Shown: positions 37,733-45,044 of the stretch, in pieces
Position numbering within the stretch: position 1 is the stretch's first letter
How the letters are laid out: each line of letters starts with the position of its first letter
DNA from: Phycisphaera mikurensis NBRC 102666
Lineage (GTDB): Bacteria > Planctomycetota > Phycisphaerae > Phycisphaerales > UBA1924
Assembly (NCBI GenBank): GCA_943369765.1
Contig: CALROI020000006.1
Coordinates: forward strand, 89,228 to 153,227
Direction: 5' to 3'
DNA: 64,000 bases
The notes under the pieces: generated by a model
Seen by the model: only the letters and a program-made list of their open reading frames with translations
What the model was told of the DNA's origin: nothing
Database searches by the model: none
Program-made: the position numbers and the translations under genes

Positions 37733-39114
37733 TTGGTCGGTCCTCCAAGGGCTGGAAGTCCGAGTGGTGGATTTGTATCAGCGCGGCCCACGTGCTTCGC
37801 CATGACCGCACACGCCTGCTCGGGTTCAGCTTCGTGAGAGGCCTGCGCATTCACAAGGCTGAGCCGCGTCACCGCAAACGCGTGGTTGGGATCCAGACGA
37901 AGGCCTGGATGAAGTCGGCACAAGAACTCGTTAACAGCGGTGGTCGCCGCCAGGGTGTTGAGGCTGATGACGGCAGGGCTCGTCACGTCCACGTTCGCGA
38001 TGTACTTGTTGCGGCGCTGCTCTTCGTACGCTGTTCGATTTGTGCGGCGCAGTGATTCGGCTCGCACGTGCTCCATGGTGTATACGCCTCGGCTAAGGAG
38101 GCTTGATCGTCCTGGCTGCACATAGTGGATTCCCATTCCATCTTGAGAGATGCCGCCTTTGCCATCCGCCTCCAAACGCACACCCATGTCGATGTACGGG
38201 AGGAGGTAGTGGGTGGCAAGCCGTGACAAGAGGTGTCGGCCTTCGGCGGAATCCATGCATCCGAAGACGACATCAGCACCAGAAACAGCGTGCAGCGCGT
38301 TGGGTTCATGGATCAGCTGCCGAACCGGTGTCACGCGTGTGCCTAGGCCCGTTGACCGGATTCGATCGGCCAAGACATCGACTTTGGGCCGTCCCACGTC
38401 TGCACGTGTCGAGCCGTAGATTCGATTCAGATTCCGGTCTTCGATCGTGTCAGGGTCCACAAGAACAAGGTGGCCAACACCCAACCGCATCAGCATCTCA
38501 ATGGTGGGGCTGCCGGTACCTGAGCATCCGAGAACGGCAATGGACAATCGCTGCAGCCGCTCGGTCGTGCCTGGTCCGAACACCTGCCGCTGGTCGGCTG
38601 GGGCGGACCCAAGTGACGGCAGGCTTGGCCCCCATGCGAGAATGTCATCACCGGCAATCGTGATCAAGGCGACATCTGAGAACCGCCCGTCCGGGTCGAT
38701 CGTGCGAGCGAACAGCGAACCGTCAGGAAGCATGACGGCCGAAGCGTGTGGTTCGTCGCTATCAATCCAGCCGTAGACCGAGGAAAAAACAGCACGATCA
38801 GACACGTCATCAACGCGAGAAAACTGTCGGTAGCCTGTCGGGTGAGAGTGGATCTTGAGCAGAGCCATTCCCTCACGGCTGGCTCTGGACAGGATCGGTG
38901 GGAGCACGTCACTTGGCCAGGTGATGTGCTGATCCGATCGCTCGCATCGCGCATGAGGGATTGGGATCACCTCGTGGACGCACAGAACATGAGGATCGCC
39001 ATGCCGTCGCCCGCACAGGGCGAATGAAGCAGCCTCCTGCCCGTCGCCGGGAAAGAGGTGCGCTTTGAGTTCTTCATGATGGCGTCCGCTCAAGCGAAGG
39101 TGGACACGCATCAT
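37729..39114 (-). CDS. JAB/JAMM metallopeptidase fused to a ThiF/E1-like adenylyltransferase (461 aa)
   Basis: JAMM motif: upstream Glu (GDGQEAASFALCG) plus HSHPTGYRQFSRVDD (HxHx7SxxD). E1 Rossmann IAVLGCSGTGS, VDPDTIEDRNLNRIYG and Cys-containing VVFGCMDSAEGR. Confidence 0.85.
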   Translation of the reverse strand: MMRVHLRLSGRHHEELKAHLFPGDGQEAASFALCGRRHGDPHVLCVHEVIPIPHARCERSDQHITWPSDVLPPILSRASREGMALLKIHSHPTGYRQFSRVDDVSDRAVFSSVYGWIDSDEPHASAVMLPDGSLFARTIDPDGRFSDVALITIAGDDILAWGPSLPSLGSAPADQRQVFGPGTTERLQRLSIAVLGCSGTGSPTIEMLMRLGVGHLVLVDPDTIEDRNLNRIYGSTRADVGRPKVDVLADRIRSTGLGTRVTPVRQLIHEPNALHAVSGADVVFGCMDSAEGRHLLSRLATHYLLPYIDMGVRLEADGKGGISQDGMGIHYVQPGRSSLLSRGVYTMEHVRAESLRRTNRTAYEEQRRNKYIANVDVTSPAVISLNTLAATTAVNEFLCRLHPGLRLDPNHAFAVTRLSLVNAQASHEAEPEQACAVMAKHVGRADTNPPLGLPALGGPTK

Positions 39115-39818
39115 CGCGACAGCTCCTTCTCAAGCCAGTGATCCACCATGAGAAGGTGCGTACCGAGGTTATCGATGCCCACACGCCAAGGATTGGCGGG
39201 TGTTCGGTGGCGTGACCACTGCTGAAAGGCTCGGGAATCCAGCGCTCGCTCGGTGGCCGCGTGGATGGGTTTGCCGTCGACGCGTGCGACGGGCGGGTTG
39301 AAGAATACCATGTCGATCTGGGCGTCTGGATAGGTGGTCGGGAGCAGGAGGGCTGCGTTGACCTTTGTCTCGTTGTAGCCGTTGGGCAGCGCGTAACTGT
39401 GCATGATCACCCAGTGCTCCCCGCCCTGGATCACGGTTTCGTACGCCAAGCCGCGTTCTTTCAGTGCTTGAGCGTCCTCAGGAAGCAGGTTGAAGTCGCG
39501 GCGAAGCTCAAGTCCATCGGTGGGATCGATGGGAATCGTCTGAAAGCGCTCGATCCCAGGAGCCGTAAAGTCGACCAAGGTCGTGGGATTGAGCAACTGG
39601 GGTTCTTGGCCGCGGTGCTTTTGGTACAAGCGATGCGAGGTCGAAGATTTGCCCGCGAGGTTCAAGATCGCCTCGGCGGTCATGGCCCCCACGTCAACCA
39701 CGTAGTACTCGCGGTCTACCCGGATGCGGTAGCGGCGCCCACCGGGCGGGCGTTCGTTTCGCTGCGACCACACTTCGAGATCGATCGGTTCACCGGGAGC
39801 AGAAGGCGGAATCGTCAT
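39111..39818 (-). CDS. Multi-ubiquitin (beta-grasp) domain fused to a Prok-E2_E-like UBC-fold domain (235 aa, contains no cysteine)
   Basis: N-terminal RRYRIRVDREYYVVDVGAMTAEAILNLAGKSS...LVDFTAPGIERFQTIP resembles the multi-ubiquitin family. C-terminal HWVIMHSYALPNGYNETKVNAALLLPTTYPDAQIDMVFFNPPVARVDGKPI resembles prokaryotic E2 family E. Start taken at ATG 39818 (RBS GAAAGGA); ATGA overlap with the JAB-E1 gene. Confidence 0.75.
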   Translation of the reverse strand: MTIPPSAPGEPIDLEVWSQRNERPPGGRRYRIRVDREYYVVDVGAMTAEAILNLAGKSSTSHRLYQKHRGQEPQLLNPTTLVDFTAPGIERFQTIPIDPTDGLELRRDFNLLPEDAQALKERGLAYETVIQGGEHWVIMHSYALPNGYNETKVNAALLLPTTYPDAQIDMVFFNPPVARVDGKPIHAATERALDSRAFQQWSRHRTPANPWRVGIDNLGTHLLMVDHWLEKELSR

Positions 39819-39954
39819 GGTCAGGTCCTTTCGTGTCGCTTTCGAGCTTGCCGCTGGTCCTTCCAGACAGTCCAAGTTCTCGGGCGATGTACTGAAAGCG
39901 TAGATTCAATGGCCAGAAAGTCAACAAAGAACAAACAAAAAACATCCGTAGGCC

Positions 39955-39983
39955 TTGCATTTCCCGTGGAAATCGCGTATAGT
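39955..39983 (+). promoter_or_regulatory. Sigma70-like promoter TTGCAT-17 nt-TATAGT with embedded palindrome ATTTCC-CGT-GGAAAT (candidate RHH operator)
   Basis: Read directly from the sequence. Located 21 nt upstream of the RHH ATG (40004), in the divergent intergenic region shared with the Ub-like operon. Confidence 0.45.
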
Positions 39984-40003
39984 CAGTGGTGAGAGGTGCA
40001 AAA

Positions 40004-40231
40004 ATGAATGACCACGGACTACCTGACAAACGCCAAATGACCCTGTCGTTGTCGGACGCTGAGATGGGCGTTTTGGACGCGCTGTCGACGCACAAAGGGC
40101 TTTCCAAGACCGCCCTCATTCGCCAAGCCCTTCGGCTCTACCAAGTGGTCGACACTCGGCTGGCAGCCGGAGAGCGGCTCTTTTTGGAAGACGAGCGCCA
40201 GCAGAAAAAGGCTGAGGTCGTGGTGCTATGA
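40004..40231 (+). CDS. Ribbon-helix-helix (CopG/Arc-like) antitoxin-like protein (75 aa)
   Basis: RQMTLSLSDAEMGVLDALSTHKGLSKTALIRQALRLY fits a beta-alpha-alpha RHH. ATG 40004 is preceded by GAGAGG. The stop overlaps the GNAT start (ATGA). Confidence 0.7.
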   Translation: MNDHGLPDKRQMTLSLSDAEMGVLDALSTHKGLSKTALIRQALRLYQVVDTRLAAGERLFLEDERQQKKAEVVVL

Positions 40232-40869
40232 GCCACAGGGTTCGAGCCGTGCAGCTTCCACAACGAGATGGAAGCACACACCTCCCGTGTGACGTGCTCG
40301 CGGAAGTGTCGAATCTTGAGTTGATCGGCATGGACGAAACCTGGCATCGAGAGCGGGCCGCGATCATGCGCGCCATGCTTGAGCGCGAGATTCCACGCGA
40401 AGTGTGGCCGCAGAGTCTGCATTGGGACTGGAGTCGGAAGATTCTGGCCGAGCCTCAACTGAGTCGCGCCATTTACGGAATTCGGGCCGGCGAGCGGTGG
40501 CTTGGGGCGATGCTGCTGCGTCTTGACCCTCGGTTCGACCGAGCGAGGCTGGAACCGCATCGAGGTCGCCCGCTTGTCTATGTGGACTATGTGGAATCGG
40601 CACCGAGCAACTGGCCCATTCCGCAGTTGAATCAGCGTTCGTCCGTCAAGCGAATCGGAACCACACTGGTGTTGGCAGCGATGGCACGCTCGCGGAACGA
40701 GGAGTTTGAAGGGCGCGTGGGTCTTCATGCTCTGCCGCAGTCGGAAAGATTCTACGAGGGGATGGGATTTACCAGTCTGGGTCCGGATTCGACAAAGCAG
40801 GGGCTGGTGTATTTCGAGGTGTCTGGGGCCAAAGCCCAGGAGGTATTGAGCCAAGGAGGTTGGACATGA
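40228..40869 (+). CDS. GNAT-family acetyltransferase, toxin-like partner of the RHH protein (213 aa)
   Basis: GNAT motif-A-like RIGTTLVLAAMARSRNEEFEGRVGLHALPQSERFYEGMGF. Genetic coupling to the RHH gene as in TacAT/AtaRT-type TA pairs. Confidence 0.7.
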   Translation: MSHRVRAVQLPQRDGSTHLPCDVLAEVSNLELIGMDETWHRERAAIMRAMLEREIPREVWPQSLHWDWSRKILAEPQLSRAIYGIRAGERWLGAMLLRLDPRFDRARLEPHRGRPLVYVDYVESAPSNWPIPQLNQRSSVKRIGTTLVLAAMARSRNEEFEGRVGLHALPQSERFYEGMGFTSLGPDSTKQGLVYFEVSGAKAQEVLSQGGWT

Positions 40870-41354
40870 CGCTGCAGCCAAACGATGAGCAGAATTCCTT
40901 TCTGAGAGAGCTCGGGCTCTTGGAAGAAGCATGCGGCACGGTGGCAACCGGCGGCTTTGTCGTCGATTGTGGATGGTGGAAAGGCGGCCGTCCTGCAAGC
41001 GACATGCAGGGCGCGGCGTTTGCTCGGTTCATCGAACTGTGGCGTCGAAGCAAGGGATGGACGGTCGAACGGTTTTCCATCGAAGCACGCGTGGACATTG
41101 TGGAATTGCTCGTGCTGGAAATGGGCTCCACCAGACCCGCCGAGCCCCGGACTATCTTTCAGCTTGCAGGCGTCACAGGCGTTCCCGTCGGAAAACTCAT
41201 GGATCTCGCTGGACTTTCAAGCACCAGAGACCCCCAGGTGGGAAGTGCCGCTGTTCGTTTCGCCGCGCAGTCGGAGTCCATGGCAAAGCTCACGCGCGAG
41301 GAAGAAGATGCCTTACAGGCATTGCTTCGAATTCTGACGTCCGAGCAGCGATAG
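40866..41354 (+). CDS. XRE-family HTH protein (162 aa)
   Basis: HTH segment FARFIELWRRSKGWTVERFSIEARVDIVELLVLEMG...IFQLAGVTGVPVGKLMDLAGL. ATG 40866 overlaps the GNAT stop (ATGA) and follows AAGGAGG. Confidence 0.7.
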   Translation: MTLQPNDEQNSFLRELGLLEEACGTVATGGFVVDCGWWKGGRPASDMQGAAFARFIELWRRSKGWTVERFSIEARVDIVELLVLEMGSTRPAEPRTIFQLAGVTGVPVGKLMDLAGLSSTRDPQVGSAAVRFAAQSESMAKLTREEEDALQALLRILTSEQR

Positions 41355-41368
41355 AATATCACCGAAAG

Positions 41369-42295
41369 GTGGTGTCTCGCGTGATCGAAGTCAGCCTACC
41401 CTTATCCACACGCCATGATATCGATCGGCGAATTGACCGTCTGCTTGCAGACGTGGGTCAACCAGAGCCACCTCTCAATCTGGCCCATGTGCGTGCGCTG
41501 CTCAAGTTCGATCTGCGATACTACACGCTTGAAGATCCAACTTGGCTCGAAGGCAAGATCCACACGATTCGGCTTGCGGGAAGAAATCTCGTGCAGGAGC
41601 CGCGGCTCTTGTTGCAGGTTGTCAGGAAGCTGAGTCTGCGAGCACTCTTTGTGCCTGATCGTCAACAGATTCTGATCGACCAAAGCTTGCCGTCGCCCAA
41701 GCAGCGGTGGGGGGAGGGACACGAGCTCACCCACGCCATTCTGGACTGGCATGCGCCTTATGCCCACGGAGATCAGGAACGCACGCTCGCCGTTGGCTGC
41801 CATGCCGCCATTGAAGCCGAGGCCAACTATGGGGCCGGCAGGATGCTGTTTCTGGGAAAGCGCTTCATCGATGAGAGCCGCAGTGCGCCGCTGTCGATCG
41901 ATCGCATCAAGTACTTGGCCAGAATCTACGGCAACAGCGTGACGGCGACCTTGTGGCGAGCCACGGAGAATTCCGATCAGCCCGTCATGGGCATGCTCAG
42001 TACTCATCCGTGGGATCCCGCGGACTCAATGGGTAGCCCACGTATCCGGCGCATGTTCTGCTCGCCGTCCTACATCAAGCAGTTCGCGTCGCTTGATCCC
42101 GAGGTCGTGTTCCGAAAGTTGGCAAAGGTGGTCACCCGGCGCGGCGGCGGTTTGCTCGGCGCCGAGACGATCGATCTTGCTGACAGTAACGGAGACCGTC
42201 ACGAGTTTCATGCCGAGTGCTTCAACAACACGCACGACATCCTAACGCTGCTCGTTCATCGGCAACAGAAACCTACCGTGATCGTGGCGTCCTAA
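41369..42295 (+). CDS. ImmA/IrrE-family zinc metallopeptidase (COG2856-like), about 308 aa
   Basis: HEXXH in WGEGHELTHAILDWH, with surrounding COG2856-like context (LFVPDRQQILIDQSLP..., EAEANYGAGRMLF). Start is uncertain (GTG 41369, 41372 or 41381, after GAAAGG). The upstream part of the 454-aa ORF overlaps the XRE gene out of frame and is Arg-rich. Confidence 0.7.
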   Translation: MVSRVIEVSLPLSTRHDIDRRIDRLLADVGQPEPPLNLAHVRALLKFDLRYYTLEDPTWLEGKIHTIRLAGRNLVQEPRLLLQVVRKLSLRALFVPDRQQILIDQSLPSPKQRWGEGHELTHAILDWHAPYAHGDQERTLAVGCHAAIEAEANYGAGRMLFLGKRFIDESRSAPLSIDRIKYLARIYGNSVTATLWRATENSDQPVMGMLSTHPWDPADSMGSPRIRRMFCSPSYIKQFASLDPEVVFRKLAKVVTRRGGGLLGAETIDLADSNGDRHEFHAECFNNTHDILTLLVHRQQKPTVIVAS

Positions 42296-42400
42296 GTCTG
42301 ACAGTGCAGATTGCCGCAGTCGAGGCTTCTCGCCTACCAGAACGCACTTGTCGAGGCATCTCTCCTGTGTTATGACGCATCTCTGTAGGGGGGGATCGTT

Positions 42401-42892
42401 GTGCCACAAAGCGATCAAACGGAGCACGTGCGTCACAATACTGAGTACTTCAGGGATGTGCTAATCAGGGTGTGTAAAGTCCAACGGGATCCGGTGGCTT
42501 GCGCGGAAGCACTACGAGAAACGCATCAGCGATGGCGTGCCGCGTTGGGTGTCTCCATCGCACCGGCCATCAATTCGCTGCTTGACGGAAGCTCCCGTCT
42601 CGATGTGGCGGTACTGCGCAATCGCGTCGCAGCTGTCAACGCTTTACTTGATGAACTGGGGTTAGGCATCCAGTGTCCTTCGACGGGCGTCCCTTGTCGA
42701 TTGGGTGTCGACAGAGTGGAACACAACCGCGGTAAGGTCAGACTCGTGTGCGACAACCCAGACGGCCCCAATCGACGAAGAATCACTTTGGCCCGCTTCG
42801 TGCTGCCTGAGGTGGCGGTGATACCAAACGACCGGCCTATCGGCGCAAGAAAGGCGTGGCAGCAGCGGTCGCAACGGCACCTCACCCGTTAG
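42401..42892 (+). CDS. Hypothetical protein (163 aa, GTG start)
   Basis: ORF with ordinary amino-acid composition and no recognised motif. Preceded by phased direct repeats. Confidence 0.5.
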   Translation: MPQSDQTEHVRHNTEYFRDVLIRVCKVQRDPVACAEALRETHQRWRAALGVSIAPAINSLLDGSSRLDVAVLRNRVAAVNALLDELGLGIQCPSTGVPCRLGVDRVEHNRGKVRLVCDNPDGPNRRRITLARFVLPEVAVIPNDRPIGARKAWQQRSQRHLTR

Positions 42893-42894
42893 GG

Positions 42895-43374
42895 CTACTT
42901 CATGATCGTGAGTCGTTGAACGACCATCGTGTTCGGTCTGGAATCCTGAAACATGACTCGAACTTCAACTTTGTCGTTGTCCACAAACTCCAAGTTCGCG
43001 ACACCGACCTGTTGGCCGTTCGAGCAGCAGACCAGCTTTCCTTCCAGCTGCGATCGCTGATTGAGTTTGATGGATTCCACACGCCAACTCTCCCCGTTGT
43101 GGGTGAGCATCGCCTCCTGGCCACCGCTGCTCAGCATGATTTGGGAGAGACTGTTCGCAAAGCACCGTCCTCGCACTTCTGGCGGTACAGGCCGTGCGGC
43201 GAACCAGCTGCCAGACGTCTTAAAGAGACCGCCGCCAATCAAGCCGATGAAGACGCTGACACTGATCCAAAGAACCCTCAGGCCGATCGCCTGTAGCTTG
43301 ATCCTTGGGGGCTTCTGGTCGTCTCCAGAAGTGAGATCTACTCCAGACTCTGAGTCTTCGTCGATGTCCGACAT
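42895..43374 (-). CDS. Small membrane-anchored hypothetical protein (159 aa)
   Basis: Start MSDIDEDSESG... after GAGGAGG. One TM segment LRVLWISVSVFIGLIGGGLF followed by a beta-rich domain. The longer 314-aa ORF is an upstream read-through. Confidence 0.65.
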   Translation of the reverse strand: MSDIDEDSESGVDLTSGDDQKPPRIKLQAIGLRVLWISVSVFIGLIGGGLFKTSGSWFAARPVPPEVRGRCFANSLSQIMLSSGGQEAMLTHNGESWRVESIKLNQRSQLEGKLVCCSNGQQVGVANLEFVDNDKVEVRVMFQDSRPNTMVVQRLTIMK

Positions 43375-43433
43375 AGGGACCTCCTCGTTTCGAGAGCAAA
43401 GTGCGTGTGGCTGCAACTCGGAAATCTTACCAG

Positions 43434-43464
43434 AACAGTGAAGAAAGCGTGTTTCTTCACTGTT
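43434..43464. promoter_or_regulatory. Perfect 13-bp inverted repeat AACAGTGAAGAAA-GCGTG-TTTCTTCACTGTT in a divergent promoter region
   Basis: Read directly from the sequence. Lies between the small membrane protein start (43374) and the HTH regulator start (43539). Confidence 0.5.
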
Positions 43465-43538
43465 AGCGTTCCGACAAGAAAGTGGCGAGTGAGGGATGAA
43501 GAATCGGACATTGTCAAGATCTGGGCGAACAATCGCGA

Positions 43539-44852
43539 ATGGCCAATGAACCCATGCCGTCCCGTTTCTCGCTCTTGCTGGCTCAGCACTTGAGCGCGTC
43601 CGAACTAAAGCAGAACGAGTTGGCGAGTAGGACGGGCTTTTCAGAAGCCCAAGTCTCTGGTTGGTTGAGCGGTAGAGACCATCGCCTGAGCCGAGCGGTG
43701 ATCGGTCACATAGCCCACGTCCTAGCAACGGCATATGCCCATGCCCCACGTGGCACAGATGGAGAGCGGCCGCAACAGAAACGAAGAGGTCGGCCATCAC
43801 CACGTGTCGCAGCGGAGCACGCCAAAATGGGCATGCCATATCACGGCCCGCGCGATCTGTACTCGATCTTGTCGGAGCTTCTCGCAGCAGCAGGCTACGA
43901 CTTCCAGCGCGAAGATTCTGGGGTGGCCTGGGAGCGCATTGCCGGTAGTCCGGCTTCTCGGCGTCTCAAGGTTGGCTGGTATGACAAACGGCCGCTGGCA
44001 TACGGCAATGCCACGAAGCCTGAGGGAATTGCTCGCACGGTGACAGATCGCATCGCTTCACTCCTTGCAGCTCAGCTGGATTGGATTCCCATAGAGCTGG
44101 AAAAGATCGTGCCGAAGCTGCTCACAGGGGAGATTGACCTACTCTGTTGTGAGTACATCGGGGTCGAGAGCATCGCGTGTGAGCTTTGGCTTTCAGACCC
44201 TTTGCCGTTTGTTCGTGTGGCTCCGATCGGAATTGTGCGTGCTGAAAGTGTAAAACACACAGTCGTCGAAACGAGCGGACGAGGCGGCGGTACCGCGCGG
44301 GCCAAACGACTGCGGCGCGAAATGTTGGCATTTACGCACACTCAAACTCTAATCGGGCAATCGTTGTATGCAAGCCTTATTCCAGAATCCGTGCTTGACA
44401 CCGGTGAGAATGCAATTGGTGCAACAGCCGTGTCGGGAGATCTTCATCAATGCTACTCCGAAGCACTGGACGACGCGGGAAGCCCAGAGCGAATCAAGTG
44501 CTTTGTCTCGGATACGCTCACGTATCTGGACGCGAAGCGTGACTTTGGCAAGCAAGCCGGTCGACTTCCCGCGATGTCCAATACTCCAATGCCAAGCTTT
44601 GGTCTGTGCTTTGCGCTTCATCCCCGCGAAGGTGGGCGATTGGGGCGACTTCTGAACATGGGCATAGAAAAACTCAAGGAAATGAACTTTTTTCAGAGAG
44701 TGGCGTACGCGCCGTATGCCGATGTACTGCATCAAAACCACGCCCTGCTTAGAGAGATTTGCCCAGAGCTGGCTACGCGGATCGAACGAGATGATGCGAT
44801 GCATGCACCGATGGTGCAACATGGAGTCAACCCTCCTGTGGGTGGAGAGTGA
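43539..44852 (+). CDS. XRE-type HTH regulator fused to a type-2 periplasmic-binding-protein-like (SBP_bac_3-like) ligand-binding domain (437 aa)
   Basis: N-terminal FSLLLAQHLSASELKQNELASRTGFSEAQVSGWLSG (HTH). C-terminal LKVGWYDKRPLAYGNATKPEGIARTVTDRIASLLAAQLDWIPIELEKIVPKLLTGEIDLLCCEY (solute-binding fold). No signal peptide. Confidence 0.75.
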   Translation: MANEPMPSRFSLLLAQHLSASELKQNELASRTGFSEAQVSGWLSGRDHRLSRAVIGHIAHVLATAYAHAPRGTDGERPQQKRRGRPSPRVAAEHAKMGMPYHGPRDLYSILSELLAAAGYDFQREDSGVAWERIAGSPASRRLKVGWYDKRPLAYGNATKPEGIARTVTDRIASLLAAQLDWIPIELEKIVPKLLTGEIDLLCCEYIGVESIACELWLSDPLPFVRVAPIGIVRAESVKHTVVETSGRGGGTARAKRLRREMLAFTHTQTLIGQSLYASLIPESVLDTGENAIGATAVSGDLHQCYSEALDDAGSPERIKCFVSDTLTYLDAKRDFGKQAGRLPAMSNTPMPSFGLCFALHPREGGRLGRLLNMGIEKLKEMNFFQRVAYAPYADVLHQNHALLREICPELATRIERDDAMHAPMVQHGVNPPVGGE

Positions 44853-44980
44853 ATGAGTCATTGTGGGTTGTCTCAGCTGCCTCCTGCACTCGTCAGCATT
44901 TAGGTGCAGACCCAGAGGTCATGCAGTAGGCTCTGAAATCGAGACTTGCGTGATCTCATCCCCAAGTGTCTAGAGCTTTT

Positions 44981-45030
44981 CTGCTTCCTCCTGCTTCCTC
45001 CTGATTTGTCCTGCTCACTCCTGCTCACTC
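44981..45030. repeat. Five phased 10-bp tandem units directly 5' of the tRNA fragment
   Basis: CTGCTTCCTC CTGCTTCCTC CTGATTTGTC CTGCTCACTC CTGCTCACTC, read directly from the sequence. Confidence 0.8.
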
Positions 45031-45044
45031 CAGCTCCAAGTCGA

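Noticed and set aside
40931-41368. N-terminal 146 codons of the 454-aa ORF containing the ImmA-like domain
   Set aside because: It overlaps the XRE gene in another frame and is Arg/Cys-rich (MRHGGNRRLCRRLWMVERR...). The peptidase-like sequence only begins after the XRE stop, so the start was moved to about 41369.
44981-45030. Possible CRISPR array
   Set aside because: The units are only 10 bp, contiguous without spacers, and degenerate. There are no cas genes in the window.
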